26,003 bases of DNA. Source: Macrostomum lignano (lineage: Eukaryota). The stretch is taken from contig NIVC01001777.1 of assembly GCA_002269645.1 (NCBI GenBank), positions 1-26,003 on the forward strand, read 5' to 3'. Of the stretch, positions 1 through 10,784 are shown piece by piece. Made by a program: the position numbers and the translations under genes. The notes below the pieces were generated by a model, which saw nothing but the letters and a program-made list of their open reading frames with translations, did no database searches and was not told the origin of the DNA. Position 1 is the first letter of the stretch, and every line of letters begins with the position of its first letter.

Positions 1-1997
1 TTAATTAAGGTGGGCAAAATTGTTTTGCTAAATGCATGGATGAAACGTTTTGCATGAACGCATAGCTGTCTATAGACTGCCATAAATGACATGATCTTAA
101 ATTTAGCTCCCATTAAGAATGCATTAATGTACGAAAGATTTTGCTGTTGGAGCGAATATGCCCGAATAAGACGGGGCTCCCAGCATGTCAGTCCTGGCCG
201 ATCTAAGAGACTCTGTGTGATCGAGGTATCCACGAAGTAGTGGGGGATTTTTTCGACCTAGAGAGTGCATGATGTCCTCAGGGCTTTGCTATTCCTTAAA
301 TCCCAAGGGTTCTGGTTCTGAGATAGAGACAACGCTAAAACTGGGATTTTCCTCTCAACTGGGGCAATATTACATGCGATTAAGTATATGGGCTATCCCA
401 GAGCTGTTTGTACTTTTAGTTCGACATGCCGTATGGGTGTTAAATTAGCTAACTCTATATTTATTTATACCGAAACTTCTTCTCTATTATCTGCAGCACA
501 TGACAAGGTTTTTTTAATAGTCTACTACATGTACGTATTTAGTGATATTTAGCAGGAATAGCCTCCTCTGCACGCGGTATAGTTGCCTCCTCTAATGGAG
601 CGCGTCTTTTAATTAACTCTTCATCTCGCTTGCTGAATAGAATCGAGGTCACAAAGGGTTCAGCCATACAAGGCTAGACTATACTAGAAATAGCCATACA
701 AGGCGAGGCATACAATGACAGTCTAATCGGTGCTGGAAACGAGAACTTCTGTATAAAGAGATCTTTTAGCTGGTGAACGATTCCAGCCTACGATACCCTC
801 CTAAGCCCCAAGATCCCAAAGGTGGATAATAGGTAACGCTAGCTCGTATTTTAATGTATTTTTTCCTAGATGGGTTCGATGCCGCAGGGGATGGGTAAGT
901 GCAGGTCCCAGAGCTCCCTCGTGGTGCACATTTTACATGGACTTATTTAAAAGTACTGATATGATTATTTGGTTGAATTCGATCGGCTTATACTTGGTGA
1001 TCTTCCACTCTATTCCTCAGCTTCTAGCTCGTATTTCATGCCCTGCGACAGTTTTATACTCACTACTCATACTTCATACTACGACTCAAGGTAAATACGT
1101 AGACAGACAGAAGCAACAAATAGTTGAATAGCAGATGTCCCGGCGGTCAGGAAGGTCACGGCGACGGCTGCAGTCATGGACGATCAGTCCAGACGAAACA
1201 CGTAAGAAAGGAGGTTAAAGCAAAGGGGCAGAGACGAAGGAAAAGAAGAAAGGAAGGAAAGAAAGAGGGAAGGAGGGTAAAATCAAGACGTGCCGCCTCG
1301 AGAGTTGTGGCTCAGGGCTCCAAACGGATTCTTATTTATAGCCCTGAGATCACGCGTTACGTGATCACGTAAGCGTGATGCGTGATATTGAAGGCCGTGA
1401 CTTGTCCTTGACTTGTTACCAAGCAACCATGATGACGCCACCGGCCAGCCGCGCTGTGATTGGACGAGAAATCGGTGGGACGCAGCAGAGAAAAATGATG
1501 ATGGGGATTACGTAACATGCAAAAAAAATCTGGGAATATAGGGGTCATAAAACTGTCACACGCATGAATCATTTCGAACGTGCGACTTCGATCTGCACTG
1601 GCAAAAGCTCCGACCTGCGCCATCTCACCCGCTCTGGGCCGACCTGAGAAACCTGGAAACGCGGCAGGTCTTCCTACGCAAGCTGCTCGCCGCTACTCCT
1701 GCTCCAGCCGAGTCCTTCGAGTCTTTCCTTCACGCCGTCGATAATGCTGCAGCGCTTCTTTCATGGAGACAGGCAAATTATCCATATTAATACAGGCAAG
1801 TATCTATTATAGTATTATAGTCTCTTCACTGAAAAGATAACTTTGTTAAAACAGTTCTACTTCTTTTTGCAAAAGTTTAAGTTTACTTTATTTCTAACAA
1901 TTCTCTTACTACTACTAAATCTAAATCTACCACGAAAATTAATTGAAACGTTACAACATTTATCAAGCATTAGACGGTAGGCCTTCCTACTATGAAC

Positions 1998-2050
1998 CAA
2001 GGACTACTCAAGTAGTCTAGTAGTCAAGTAGTGTACTTGAGTGGTCTTTG
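1998..2050. mobile_element. 53-bp miniature inverted-repeat element (P/hAT-type ends) with perfect 8-bp TSD
   Basis: CTATGAAC at 1990-1997 and 2051-2058. Termini CAAGGACTACTCAAGTA and the reverse complement of TACTTGAGTGGTCTTTG (CAAAGACCACTCAAGTA) match at 15/17. Confidence 0.75.
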
Positions 2051-3329
2051 CTATGAACATTATTTCAACATTATTATTAACAGTATTCATCAACTTTGCA
2101 ATCAATAGGGTACATTACATTACATATGGAAACTGAAATACTACTTGGTATGCAGACTGCAAAGCTTTCAAATGTGAGCTATTAGTATGAGTCGAGGTTA
2201 AATAGGATAGGATCATATTTTTCCCAAATGGATAGGAGGGCCTAATGTCATATACATAAGAATTCAATATTTGTTAGGAATTTGTGATTTTCATTTTTTA
2301 TAATTTTATAATTATATTGGGATTAAAAATGAAACAAATTTTAGTATATAAACAGGTATTGCATATAATTTAGATAGGATCAACATTTCTAGGGTAGTGT
2401 AGGATCAAGATCTCAATTTTTGCTACAATCTTAGGATTTTGGGATTGGGATCTATCTTATCTTAGTTCTAGCTTTGAAGTTCTTGACTTATTTAGGATAA
2501 TGTCAAAAGTTTTTTAATTTATATCATAAACTGATAAACTAGGGTTTTCTATTTCTTAATTTTTGGGAACCAAATATTTATTGACTAGGCCTAAGCCTGG
2601 CTTGTTTATCTCCTGCAAAGTTGTCTAAATTAAAACTAGGCAGTTGTTATTGTTACAGTAACCATATAAATAACAAAATAACAAAGGTTATTTTTATGGT
2701 TTATGCATAAGACACTATGCAGGCCTACAGTCTTTACTTAATGTAACCATATAAATAGCAAAACTATTATTTTTATGGTCACCATAGATAGGAAGCAAAA
2801 TGGCTTCCTATAATAGTTAACAATTACCTAAAGTAAGCTACCATGACAAGAACCACTAGAAGTTACCATCGTATTTATTAATAAAATGTTTCTTTATTTT
2901 TTTAAATTTAACCATCATAGTATTTGCACAGCAAGTTTGTCACTTCATTTAGATGGTATTTGTTTTAAGTGTTAACTGTAAAAATAACTGTCTTGCTATT
3001 CATACAGTCACCGTAACAATAACAACTGCCTTAAAACTAATTTAGGCAATTAGTTTTTATGTTTAATATATCATTTTAGCTTTTTACCTTATCAATATTT
3101 TTACAAATTGGAAATGTCCCCTATAATGTCTAGGAATCCCCAAACTATTTAGGAAATTCATATAATCATATAATCATACAATTCATATATTTCATATAAA
3201 TTCATATAATTCATATAAACCCTTTCAATAGTTGATAAAGGGAAGATATCTACAAGGTCTTCAACTAATATTAGCTTTAGCAATTGTCCTTATAAGCCTT
3301 GATATTTAAGCCATTCTCCTAAGCAAACA

Positions 3330-3697
3330 TCTCCCTAGAGCAAGGAAAAGAAGCAACCCCATATATAGCAAGCAACCTTAGAAAGCAAGCATCTTTCTAA
3401 TAGCCCTCCTAATAGCAAATATCTCCTAACAAGCTAGTGCAACAATTTCCTAGTGCAATAATTCCTTTTTGTTTGAGTACAATAATCGTTTTCTAATATA
3501 ATGTAATAATTAATTTTGAATTTTAATATAAACTTTTTGAATAAACTATGCAACAAAACTTTTTTATACATTATACAACACTTATATTTATATGAAGTTT
3601 CTTTCATGATTTACTTGATATATTTTTAATGTTTTAAATAATGATTCTTTCATGTCTTTTATCACACTTCTCTTAGGTCTATATGATATCTCTTTTA
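3330..3697 (-). mobile_element. Left part of an older, decayed copy of the Helitron family, in opposite orientation
   Basis: 3432-3451 AGCTAGTGCAACAATTTCCT is the exact reverse complement of 5205-5224. 3330-3430 holds degenerate reverse-complement units of the 18-bp array (e.g. ATAGCAAGCAACC, AAAGCAAGCATC). The left boundary is uncertain. Confidence 0.55.
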
Positions 3698-4174
3698 TCC
3701 TATATACTAAAAATGAAATGCCTGTGTGTATGTATGTGTGAGATAGATTTCAGAAAAAATGGCTCAACTGATTTTCTTCAAACTTGCACCATTCGATCAG
3801 AAATTTTCCTGGGATGGTACATGCATCTTGGCTAAGAAATTGCTCAGTATTAAAGGGATTAAATATTCGGAAAACATGCTTTTTTGCAAAGGTCAAGCAG
3901 CTCTTTCGACCTGGAATGCATTGTAAGAATGCTAGAGAAAAAACTGACTGACTGAATTTCAATTCTGATAAAGATTGCATCACAACAAGTTGAAAACAGT
4001 GCCGAAGAAATGCACACACAACTTGATTGAAATTGCGTAATCATATTGCTAACTTAAATTGACACTGATACTGGCTGACTGAGAAATTGATTATGTCATA
4101 ACTTTTTGCTCTAACCGATTTGCTATAAGAATTTAATTATAAGGGCCACAATTCATGTTCTCCAATTGACAAGA

Positions 4175-4240
4175 GATAGCATAGATGCGAACAGACTGGA
4201 CTACTAATGCAGCGACCTGGGTTCGAATCTTAGTAGTGCA
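4175..4240 (+). other. tRNA-derived relic (A-box/B-box-like) inside the Helitron
   Basis: TAGCATAGATG (A-box-like) and GGGTTCGAATC (B-box/T-loop). No complete cloverleaf. Confidence 0.4.
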
Positions 4241-4298
4241 AAAAGTTTTTTTTTCAAAAATCTTAAAAACACAAAATGCTTAACACAAAAAAGCACAC

Positions 4299-5165
4299 TG
4301 TCAAACATACAAGAGCCACCATGTCTAACATTAAAAAGCCATTATGTCAAACATTAAAGAGCCACCATGTCCAACATACAAGAGCCACCTTGTCAAACAT
4401 TAAAGTGCCACATTGTGGAACATTAAAGAGCCAGCATGTCGAACATTAAAGAGTCACTATTTCAAACACTAAAGAGCCACCATGTCAAACATAAAAGAGC
4501 CACCATGTCAAACATTAAAGAGACACCATGTCAGACATTAAAAAAACCCCGAATCAAACATTAAAGAGCCACCATGTAGAACATAAAAGAGTCACCATGT
4601 CAAACATTAAAGAGCCACCATGTCAAACATAGAAGAGCCACCATGTCAAACATAAAAGAGCCACCATGTCAAACATAAAAGAGCCACCATGTCAAACATT
4701 AAAGAGACACCATGCCAAAAATAAAAGAGCCACCATGTCAAACATTAAAGAGACACCATGTAGAACATAAAAGAGTCACCATGTCAAACATTAAAGAGCC
4801 ACCATGTCAAACATTAAAGAGCCACCATGTCAAATATAAAAGAGCCACCATTTCGAACATTAAAGAGTCACCCTGTCAAACATTAAAGAGCCACCATGTC
4901 AAACATAAAAGAGCCACCATGTCAAACATAAAAGAGCCACCATGTCAAACATTAAAGAGACACCATGCCAAAAATAAAAGAGCCACCATGTCGAACATTA
5001 AAGAGCCACCATTTCGAACATTAAAGAGCCACCATTTCGAACATTAAAGAGTCACCCTGTCAAACATTAAAGAGCCACCATGTCAAACATAAAAGAGCCA
5101 CCATGCCAAACATAAAAGAGCCACCCTGTCGAACATAAAAGATACACAATTCCAAACTTAAAAGT
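4299..5165. repeat. 23-bp minisatellite (TAAAGAGCCACCATGTCAAACAT), about 37 units, inside the Helitron
   Basis: Directly visible. The ORF at 4712 has a 23-aa period (3 x 23 nt). Confidence 0.95.
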
Positions 5166-5235
5166 AAGCGTCATGCCAATTTTAAAGGAGCCACTATAGA
5201 GCTAAGGAAATTGTTGCACTAGCTACTTATTGTCT

Positions 5236-5792
5236 GGTGGATGCTTACTATTTGGCGATGCTTGCTATCTGGGGGATGCTTGCTATCTGGGGGATGCTTG
5301 CTATCTGGGGGATGCTTGCTATCTGGGAGGGGGGATGCTTGCTATCTGGGGGATGCTTGCTATCTGGGGGATGCTTGCTATCTGGGGATGCTTGCTATCT
5401 GGGGGATGCTTGCTATCTGGGAGGGGGATGCTTGCTATCTGGGGGATGCTTGCTATCTGGGGGATGCTTGCTATCTGAGGGATGCTTGCTATTTGGGGGA
5501 TGCTTGTTATCTGGGAGGGGGATGCTTGCTATCTGGGGGATGCTTGCTATCTGGGGGATGCTTGCTATCTGGGGGATGCTTGCTATCTGAGGGATGCTTG
5601 CTATCTGGGGGATGCTTGCTATCTGTGGGATGCTTGCTATCTGGGGGATGCTTGCTATCTGGGGGATGCTTGCTATTTGGGAGATGCTTGCTATCTGGGG
5701 GATGCTTTCTATCTGGAAGATGCTTGCTATCTTGGGGATGCTTGCTATCTGGGGGATGCTTGCTATCTGGGGGATGCTTGCTATCTTGGGAT
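5236..5792. repeat. 18-bp minisatellite (TGCTATCTGGGGGATGCT), about 30 units, inside the Helitron
   Basis: Directly visible. It gives 6-aa periodic ORFs in all frames (GDACYL, MLAIWG, GGCLLS). Confidence 0.95.
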
Positions 5793-5916
5793 GATTTCTT
5801 TTTGCATTGCACTTTATTTGAGCAGTTTGTCTGTTGTCTTTGAGAAGGCTTTTTGTTACCTGTAGAGAGCAGAGATTCTATCCAGATGTCCCCCAACGGG
5901 GGGCGAAGATTGCTAG

Positions 5917-6630
5917 TTTCTTTCTAATTATTTTAAAGTTTTTTTAGTTTCTTAATGTTAAAAAAATTAATATCAAACTTTATACTCTAAAAATTTGAAC
6001 CCATATCACTGCATTAGCAGTTTAGCTTGTTTACCTATAGGCTAGCTCTTATTATTTTGATAACATGAATTGTAGCACTAATAATATAATACTTTTAAGA
6101 CTCAAAGCTGAGAATAAATCCTTCAAAACAGTTATAATATAACCAATTTCTTAGCCAGCTAGTATCTTATCTATTTCAAATAAATAATAAAATGGTTACA
6201 TAATTTAAATCAAGTTTTGTGCTATTCTTCCACACTGTTTTCAACACTAGCATAATTCACATTTGAGTTACAATTCAGTTGTGATGCAATCTTTATAGAA
6301 TCAGAATTCCCTATTGGAATAAATTCTAAAAATGTGCAGATTTGCATCAAGGGCCCAACAAAAATGTGCCAAGGGTCATTCTCCAAGGTACATAGGCCAC
6401 ATCAAAGAGTCCCTTTAAAAGTTGCACACAAGTGGTCATAAGTAGTTGTCTCACAGAAAATGCATCATGCCATGGAGTCATTTTGAAAATGTGCTAGATG
6501 GCTATCTGTCATTTTGCAACCTATTCTAATAGGGTCAGAATTTAGCCAACCAGTTTTTTCTCTAACATTCTTACAATGCACTTCAGTTGAAAAAATTGGC
6601 TTGAACTTTGCAAAAAGCATGTTTTTTTAT
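5917..6630 (-). mobile_element. Right part of the older, diverged copy of the same Helitron family (inverted relative to 3870-4260)
   Basis: Collinear reverse-complement matches: 6536-6627 to 3870-3957, 6195-6310 to 3960-4040 (with an insertion), 5980-6170 to 4060-4240. Confidence 0.75.
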
Positions 6631-7481
6631 CATTTCTGCAAATAAAACCCAAACCATTCCATCCATTCTGGCTCATAGTTCAACATAGCATGATAAATAA
6701 GGTTGTCTATGGCTTACTTTCTCAAGTTAATTCAAATGCTTGGCCATAGAATTCTAATGGGCCATTCTGTTTAGCATGGCCACTATTCCATATAGTGCAA
6801 CAAAAGCAATAAATGTAGATAGAAAAAGAAAGAATATTATATAGATTATATATATTGTTATTATTATTATATACTTATTAGCAACCTCCAAAATTCAGTC
6901 AGCCCTACTTCCTCTACTTTGGAGTAGGATAGTTCTTATATACATTTACCAACTGGGTAATTGCTATGCAAAGCTAAGTTATCCATATATTCTTTTATAG
7001 TAACTGCAAGACCTAATTAATTACTTTATTAAGAATTCTTTTTTTGTTATAACAGTATATCAGTAAGTGATTTTGTCATCTAAAAAGGCCAACAATATAA
7101 GGATTTTTTTTGCAATATATAAGGCCTACCATAGTTTAAAGCATAGCATTATATCAATAATAGTCAGGAAAGTATATTTTAAATGCTAGAATTTTTTAAA
7201 CATTTGTATATCATTGTATACTAGGAGGGTAAAGCCTAGTGGTCTATAGCCCAGGCTCAATTCCATCTTGGTATCGTAGTCTTGCTGTTATCATGCAATT
7301 TTCACCCTTGAGTGCCAATTACACATACAGTGATTTTGTATGTGTAACAGATTAAATGTGTTTTTATTCTATTTAAACTTTACTTGTGTTTGAAACCCCC
7401 CTTTCTGCCTTCCTATAGTAAAAATTAGCTACTTCGGTAAATATTATTCAGTAGAGACTACTAACAATCAGTAGCAGAGCA

Positions 7482-7721
7482 ATGGTTGAGCCAATGGTAG
7501 TAGATATTCTAAACGATGTGGAGCAAAACGAAAATGTGCAGCCAGCTGCTGGTGCGATTGTGCAGAATGCCAATCTAGATTTGGACCTGATAGTGTCCAG
7601 CTACACTGGCTATGCCAGGTACCAGCGCCTGATCTACATTGCCGACCATTGTCCTCCACTGCGTGTACAAGCCTTGAGTATGACGCTTAACTATTTGAAA
7701 TCGGAAACTCTGGACGTTCAG
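7482..7721 (+). CDS. GPS1: COP9 signalosome subunit 1 (CSN1/GPS1), exon 1
   Basis: MVEPM..LDLDLIVSSYTGYARYQRLIYIADHCPPLRVQAL resembles CSN1 [34 protein letters not shown]. Donor CAG|GTTGGA, 240 nt, phase 0. Confidence 0.93.
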
Positions 7722-7791
7722 GTTGGAACGCGTGTTTCATATTCGAGTTTTGTTATCTTTTTATATTTTATTTTGGCTACTCATGTAGATA

Positions 7792-8050
7792 GGGGTTGTA
7801 GTCTAGTGTTTAGAGCGTCGGACTCATGATTTGAAGGTCGGGAGTTCGATTCCCAATCCCACTCGGAACAATTTGTGTCCTTGAGCAAGACACTTAACTC
7901 TGCATTGCTTCAGTTCACCCAGCTGTAAAATGGGTGCCAGCATTAGCTGGGGCAGATTGAGGCTGAGTGTGTTTGGCGACCCCCCCCCTTCCAGTTCTTG
8001 AACAGACTGAGCTGTCGGTTGCACATCTGGCCAAATCGAGGCATGTTTAA
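7792..8050 (+). mobile_element. tRNA(Met-like)-headed SINE with CORE-like central domain, in GPS1 intron 1
   Basis: tRNA-like head with A box, CTCATGA loop and AGTTCGATTCC B box. It is followed by TGTGTCCTTGAGCAAGACACTTAAC...CTTCAGTTCACCCAGCTGTAAAATGGG, which resembles the MIR/CORE domain. A second copy lies at 12923. Confidence 0.8.
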
Positions 8051-8159
8051 TCATTAATTGTTATTGTACTTATTACAAATGTACTAAGGTTACTATATTG
8101 TGTGCTTCTAGTCTACTATATTTAATATTTTAATTTTCTTTATTCTGCCCACCGCACAG

Positions 8160-8435
8160 GCGTACGTTGAGTGCCACAGAAAGCTGGTCGCTAGTGCACC
8201 CGCTGGTCAGGCGCCCGCCCAGGACACCCAGTGGGTCGAAGCCACCAGAAAACTGGCCCAGCTAAGCCTGGAAAAATTGGACGTCGAATTGCGCTCGTCA
8301 AAGCAGAGCGCCATCAAAGAGAGCATTCGACGGGGTCAGGACGAGTTGGCTTTTCATTTTCTGCGAATGGGCGACTTAAGTAGCGCATTGAAGAATTACA
8401 GCCGGACTAGGGAGTACTGCACCAATCACCTGCAG
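8160..8435 (+). CDS. GPS1: CSN1/GPS1 exon 2
   Basis: Acceptor CACAG|. [46 protein letters not shown]. Donor CAG|GTTGGA, 276 nt. Confidence 0.95.
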
Positions 8436-8477
8436 GTTGGAGATAATACCTTTGCGATTATATACCTATATGCTTTT

Positions 8478-9090
8478 GTACCTACCTTACGTACTTACTT
8501 TCCTATTTACCTACTTTTCTACGTAGATACCTGCCTACCATCTACTTTCCTAGCTACCTACTTTTCTATCTACCTACTTTTCTACGTAGCTACCTTCCTA
8601 CCTGCCTAACTACCTAACTATATACTATCCTATCTACCCACTCTTATTTACGTAGCTATCTAGTAGCTACATAACTACCTACCTACCTATCTACTCGTAC
8701 TTTCTACCCACTCTTATTTACCTACTTTCCTACATAGATATCTGTCTATCTATCTACCTACCTACCTGCCTACCTTTCTATCTACCTACCAACTGAAGTA
8801 TCCACCCACCTTTCCTGTCCATCTATTTACGAGTACGTGTGTGCCTTCCTACTTACCTGTCTATTTACCTACCTTTCCACTTACCTACCTACTTACCTAC
8901 CTACCTACCTATACCTACTTACCTACCTACCTACCTATACCTACTTACCTACCTACTTATTTACCAAAATTCTGCGTATCTATTTACCCGCCTACCTACC
9001 TAATTACGTTGTAAACTTACCTACCTTTTAACCTACATGTACATTGCTACTTACACTTTCCTACCCAATTATCTACCTAATTAGCTATCT
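8478..9090. repeat. Degenerate (CTAC/TACC)n microsatellite, GPS1 intron 2
   Basis: Runs of ctacctacctac and tacttacc throughout. Confidence 0.85.
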
Positions 9091-9178
9091 CCCATGTTAA
9101 TCTCTCAAATTCTTTTATTTTACTATGTTATTATCATATACATTCTGCATTCTCCAACTTCCCTAAACCCCAATGCAG

Positions 9179-9374
9179 GAATTGGACATGTGCTTAAACG
9201 TCATTAGAATCAGCGTTTACAGTTGCAATTGGCAGCACGCCAAATCGCACATCACCAAAGCCGAAGCTTGCAGCGGAGTTGAAGTTGGCCGGAGCCTCGG
9301 CGCCGGCGGCTACCCTGGCGACGCGTCCGCTTTGACCTCGGCCGCGCCCTCTGCTAAGCCTAAGGAGCGCGAAG
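9179..9374 (+). CDS. GPS1: CSN1/GPS1 exon 3
   Basis: Acceptor TGCAG|. ELDMCLNVIRISVYSCNWQHAKSHITKAE (cf. MCLNVIKVSVYLQNWSHV). Donor AAG|GTGAGC, phase 1. Confidence 0.93.
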
Positions 9375-9439
9375 GTGAGCGTGCGATTAATTATTGTGTA
9401 TTGAATATATCTTGAGCTTCATAGCCTACCTTGATAATT

Positions 9440-10735
9440 TGATAATCATACTGATCAATCAATCAATCGATAATCATACTGATCAATCAATCAATCAATA
9501 ATCATACTGATCAATAAATCATTCGATAATCATACTGATCAAACAATCATTCGATAATCATACTGATCAATCAATCAATCAATAATCATACTGATCAATC
9601 AATCAATCGATAATCATACTGATCAATAAATCATTCGATAATCATACTGATCAATCAATCATGCTGATCAATCAATCAATCGATAATCATACTGATCAAT
9701 CAATCAATCAATAATCATACTGATCAATCAATCAATCGATAATCATGCTGATTAATCAATCGATCGATAATTATACTGATCAATCAATCAATCGATAATC
9801 ATACTGTTCAATCAATCAATCGATAATCATACTGATCAATCAATCAATCAATAATCATACTGATCAATCAATCAATCGATAATCATACTGATCAAACAAT
9901 CAATCGATAATCATACTGATCAATCAATCATGCTGATCAATCAATCAATCGATAATCATACTGATCAATCAATCATGCTGATCAATCAATCAATCGATAA
10001 TCATACTGATCAATAAATCATTCGATAATCATACTGATCAAACAATCATGCTGATCAATCAATCAATCGATAATCATACTGATCAATAAATCATTCGATA
10101 ATCATACTGATCAATCAATCATGCTGATCAATCAATCAATCGATAATCATACTGATCAATCAATCAATCGATAATCATACTGATTAATCAATCGATCGAT
10201 AATTATACTGATCAATCAATCAATCGATAATCATACTGTTCAATCAATCAATCGATAATCATACTGATCAATCAATCAATCAATAATCATACTGATCAAT
10301 CAATCAATCGATAATCATACTGATCAAACAATCAATCGATAATCATACTGATCAAACAATCAATCGATAATTATACTGATCAATCAATCAATCAATAATC
10401 ATACTGATCAAACAATCAATCGATAATCATACTGATCAATCAATCAATCAATAATCATACTGATCAATCAATCGATCGATAATTATACTGATTAATCAAT
10501 CAATCAATAATCATACTGATCAATCAATCAATCGATAATCATACTGATCAAACAATCAATCGATAATCATACTGATCAATCAATCAATCAATAATCATAC
10601 TGATCAATCAATCGATCGATAATCATACTGATCAATCAATCAATCGATAATCATACTGATCAATCAATCATTCGATAATCATACTGATCAATCAATCATT
10701 CGATACTCATACTGATCATTGAATAATCATATGAT
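9440..10735. repeat. 28-bp minisatellite (GATAATCATACTGATCAATCAATCAATC), about 45 units, GPS1 intron 3
   Basis: Directly visible, with an (AATC)n core and occasional short units. Confidence 0.95.
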
Positions 10736-10784
10736 AATCAGCAGACGTGTTTTAATGATGATGATGTCTCCTACTCTCCCGCAG

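Larger units (their letters stand above)
3698..5916 (+). mobile_element. Non-autonomous Helitron (rolling-circle transposon), about 2.2 kb
   Basis: 5' A|TCCTATATACTAAAAATGAAATG followed by a TGTGTGTATGTATGTG microsatellite. 3' GC-rich hairpin CCCCC-AAC-GGGGG about 11 nt before CTAG|T (5913-5917). No TSD and no Rep/helicase ORF. Confidence 0.8.

Noticed and set aside
900-945. HDV-like ribozyme suggested by GGTCCCAG..CTCCCTCGTGG
   Set aside because: P3 is mismatched, P1 needs a bulge and the GG for P1.1 is absent.
1165-1205. Hammerhead ribozyme suggested by a hairpin ending GACGAAAC
   Set aside because: The catalytic CUGANGA core is missing (CTGCA instead).
4299-5165. Many copies of GCCACCATG (vertebrate Kozak consensus) in the 23-mer
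   Set aside because: One chance 9-mer multiplied by tandem amplification; the frame changes with every unit.
4712-5896. Periodic ORFs in the two Helitron arrays
   Set aside because: Open in several frames and on both strands simply because the units lack stops; no splice context or homology.
7222-7265. A/B-box-like relic (GCCTAGTGGT..GGCTCAATTCC)
   Set aside because: The boxes are too close together and there is no supporting SINE body.
7792-7862. Functional tRNA-Met gene
   Set aside because: The T arm is short, the head runs directly into a SINE core, and there is no T-run terminator.
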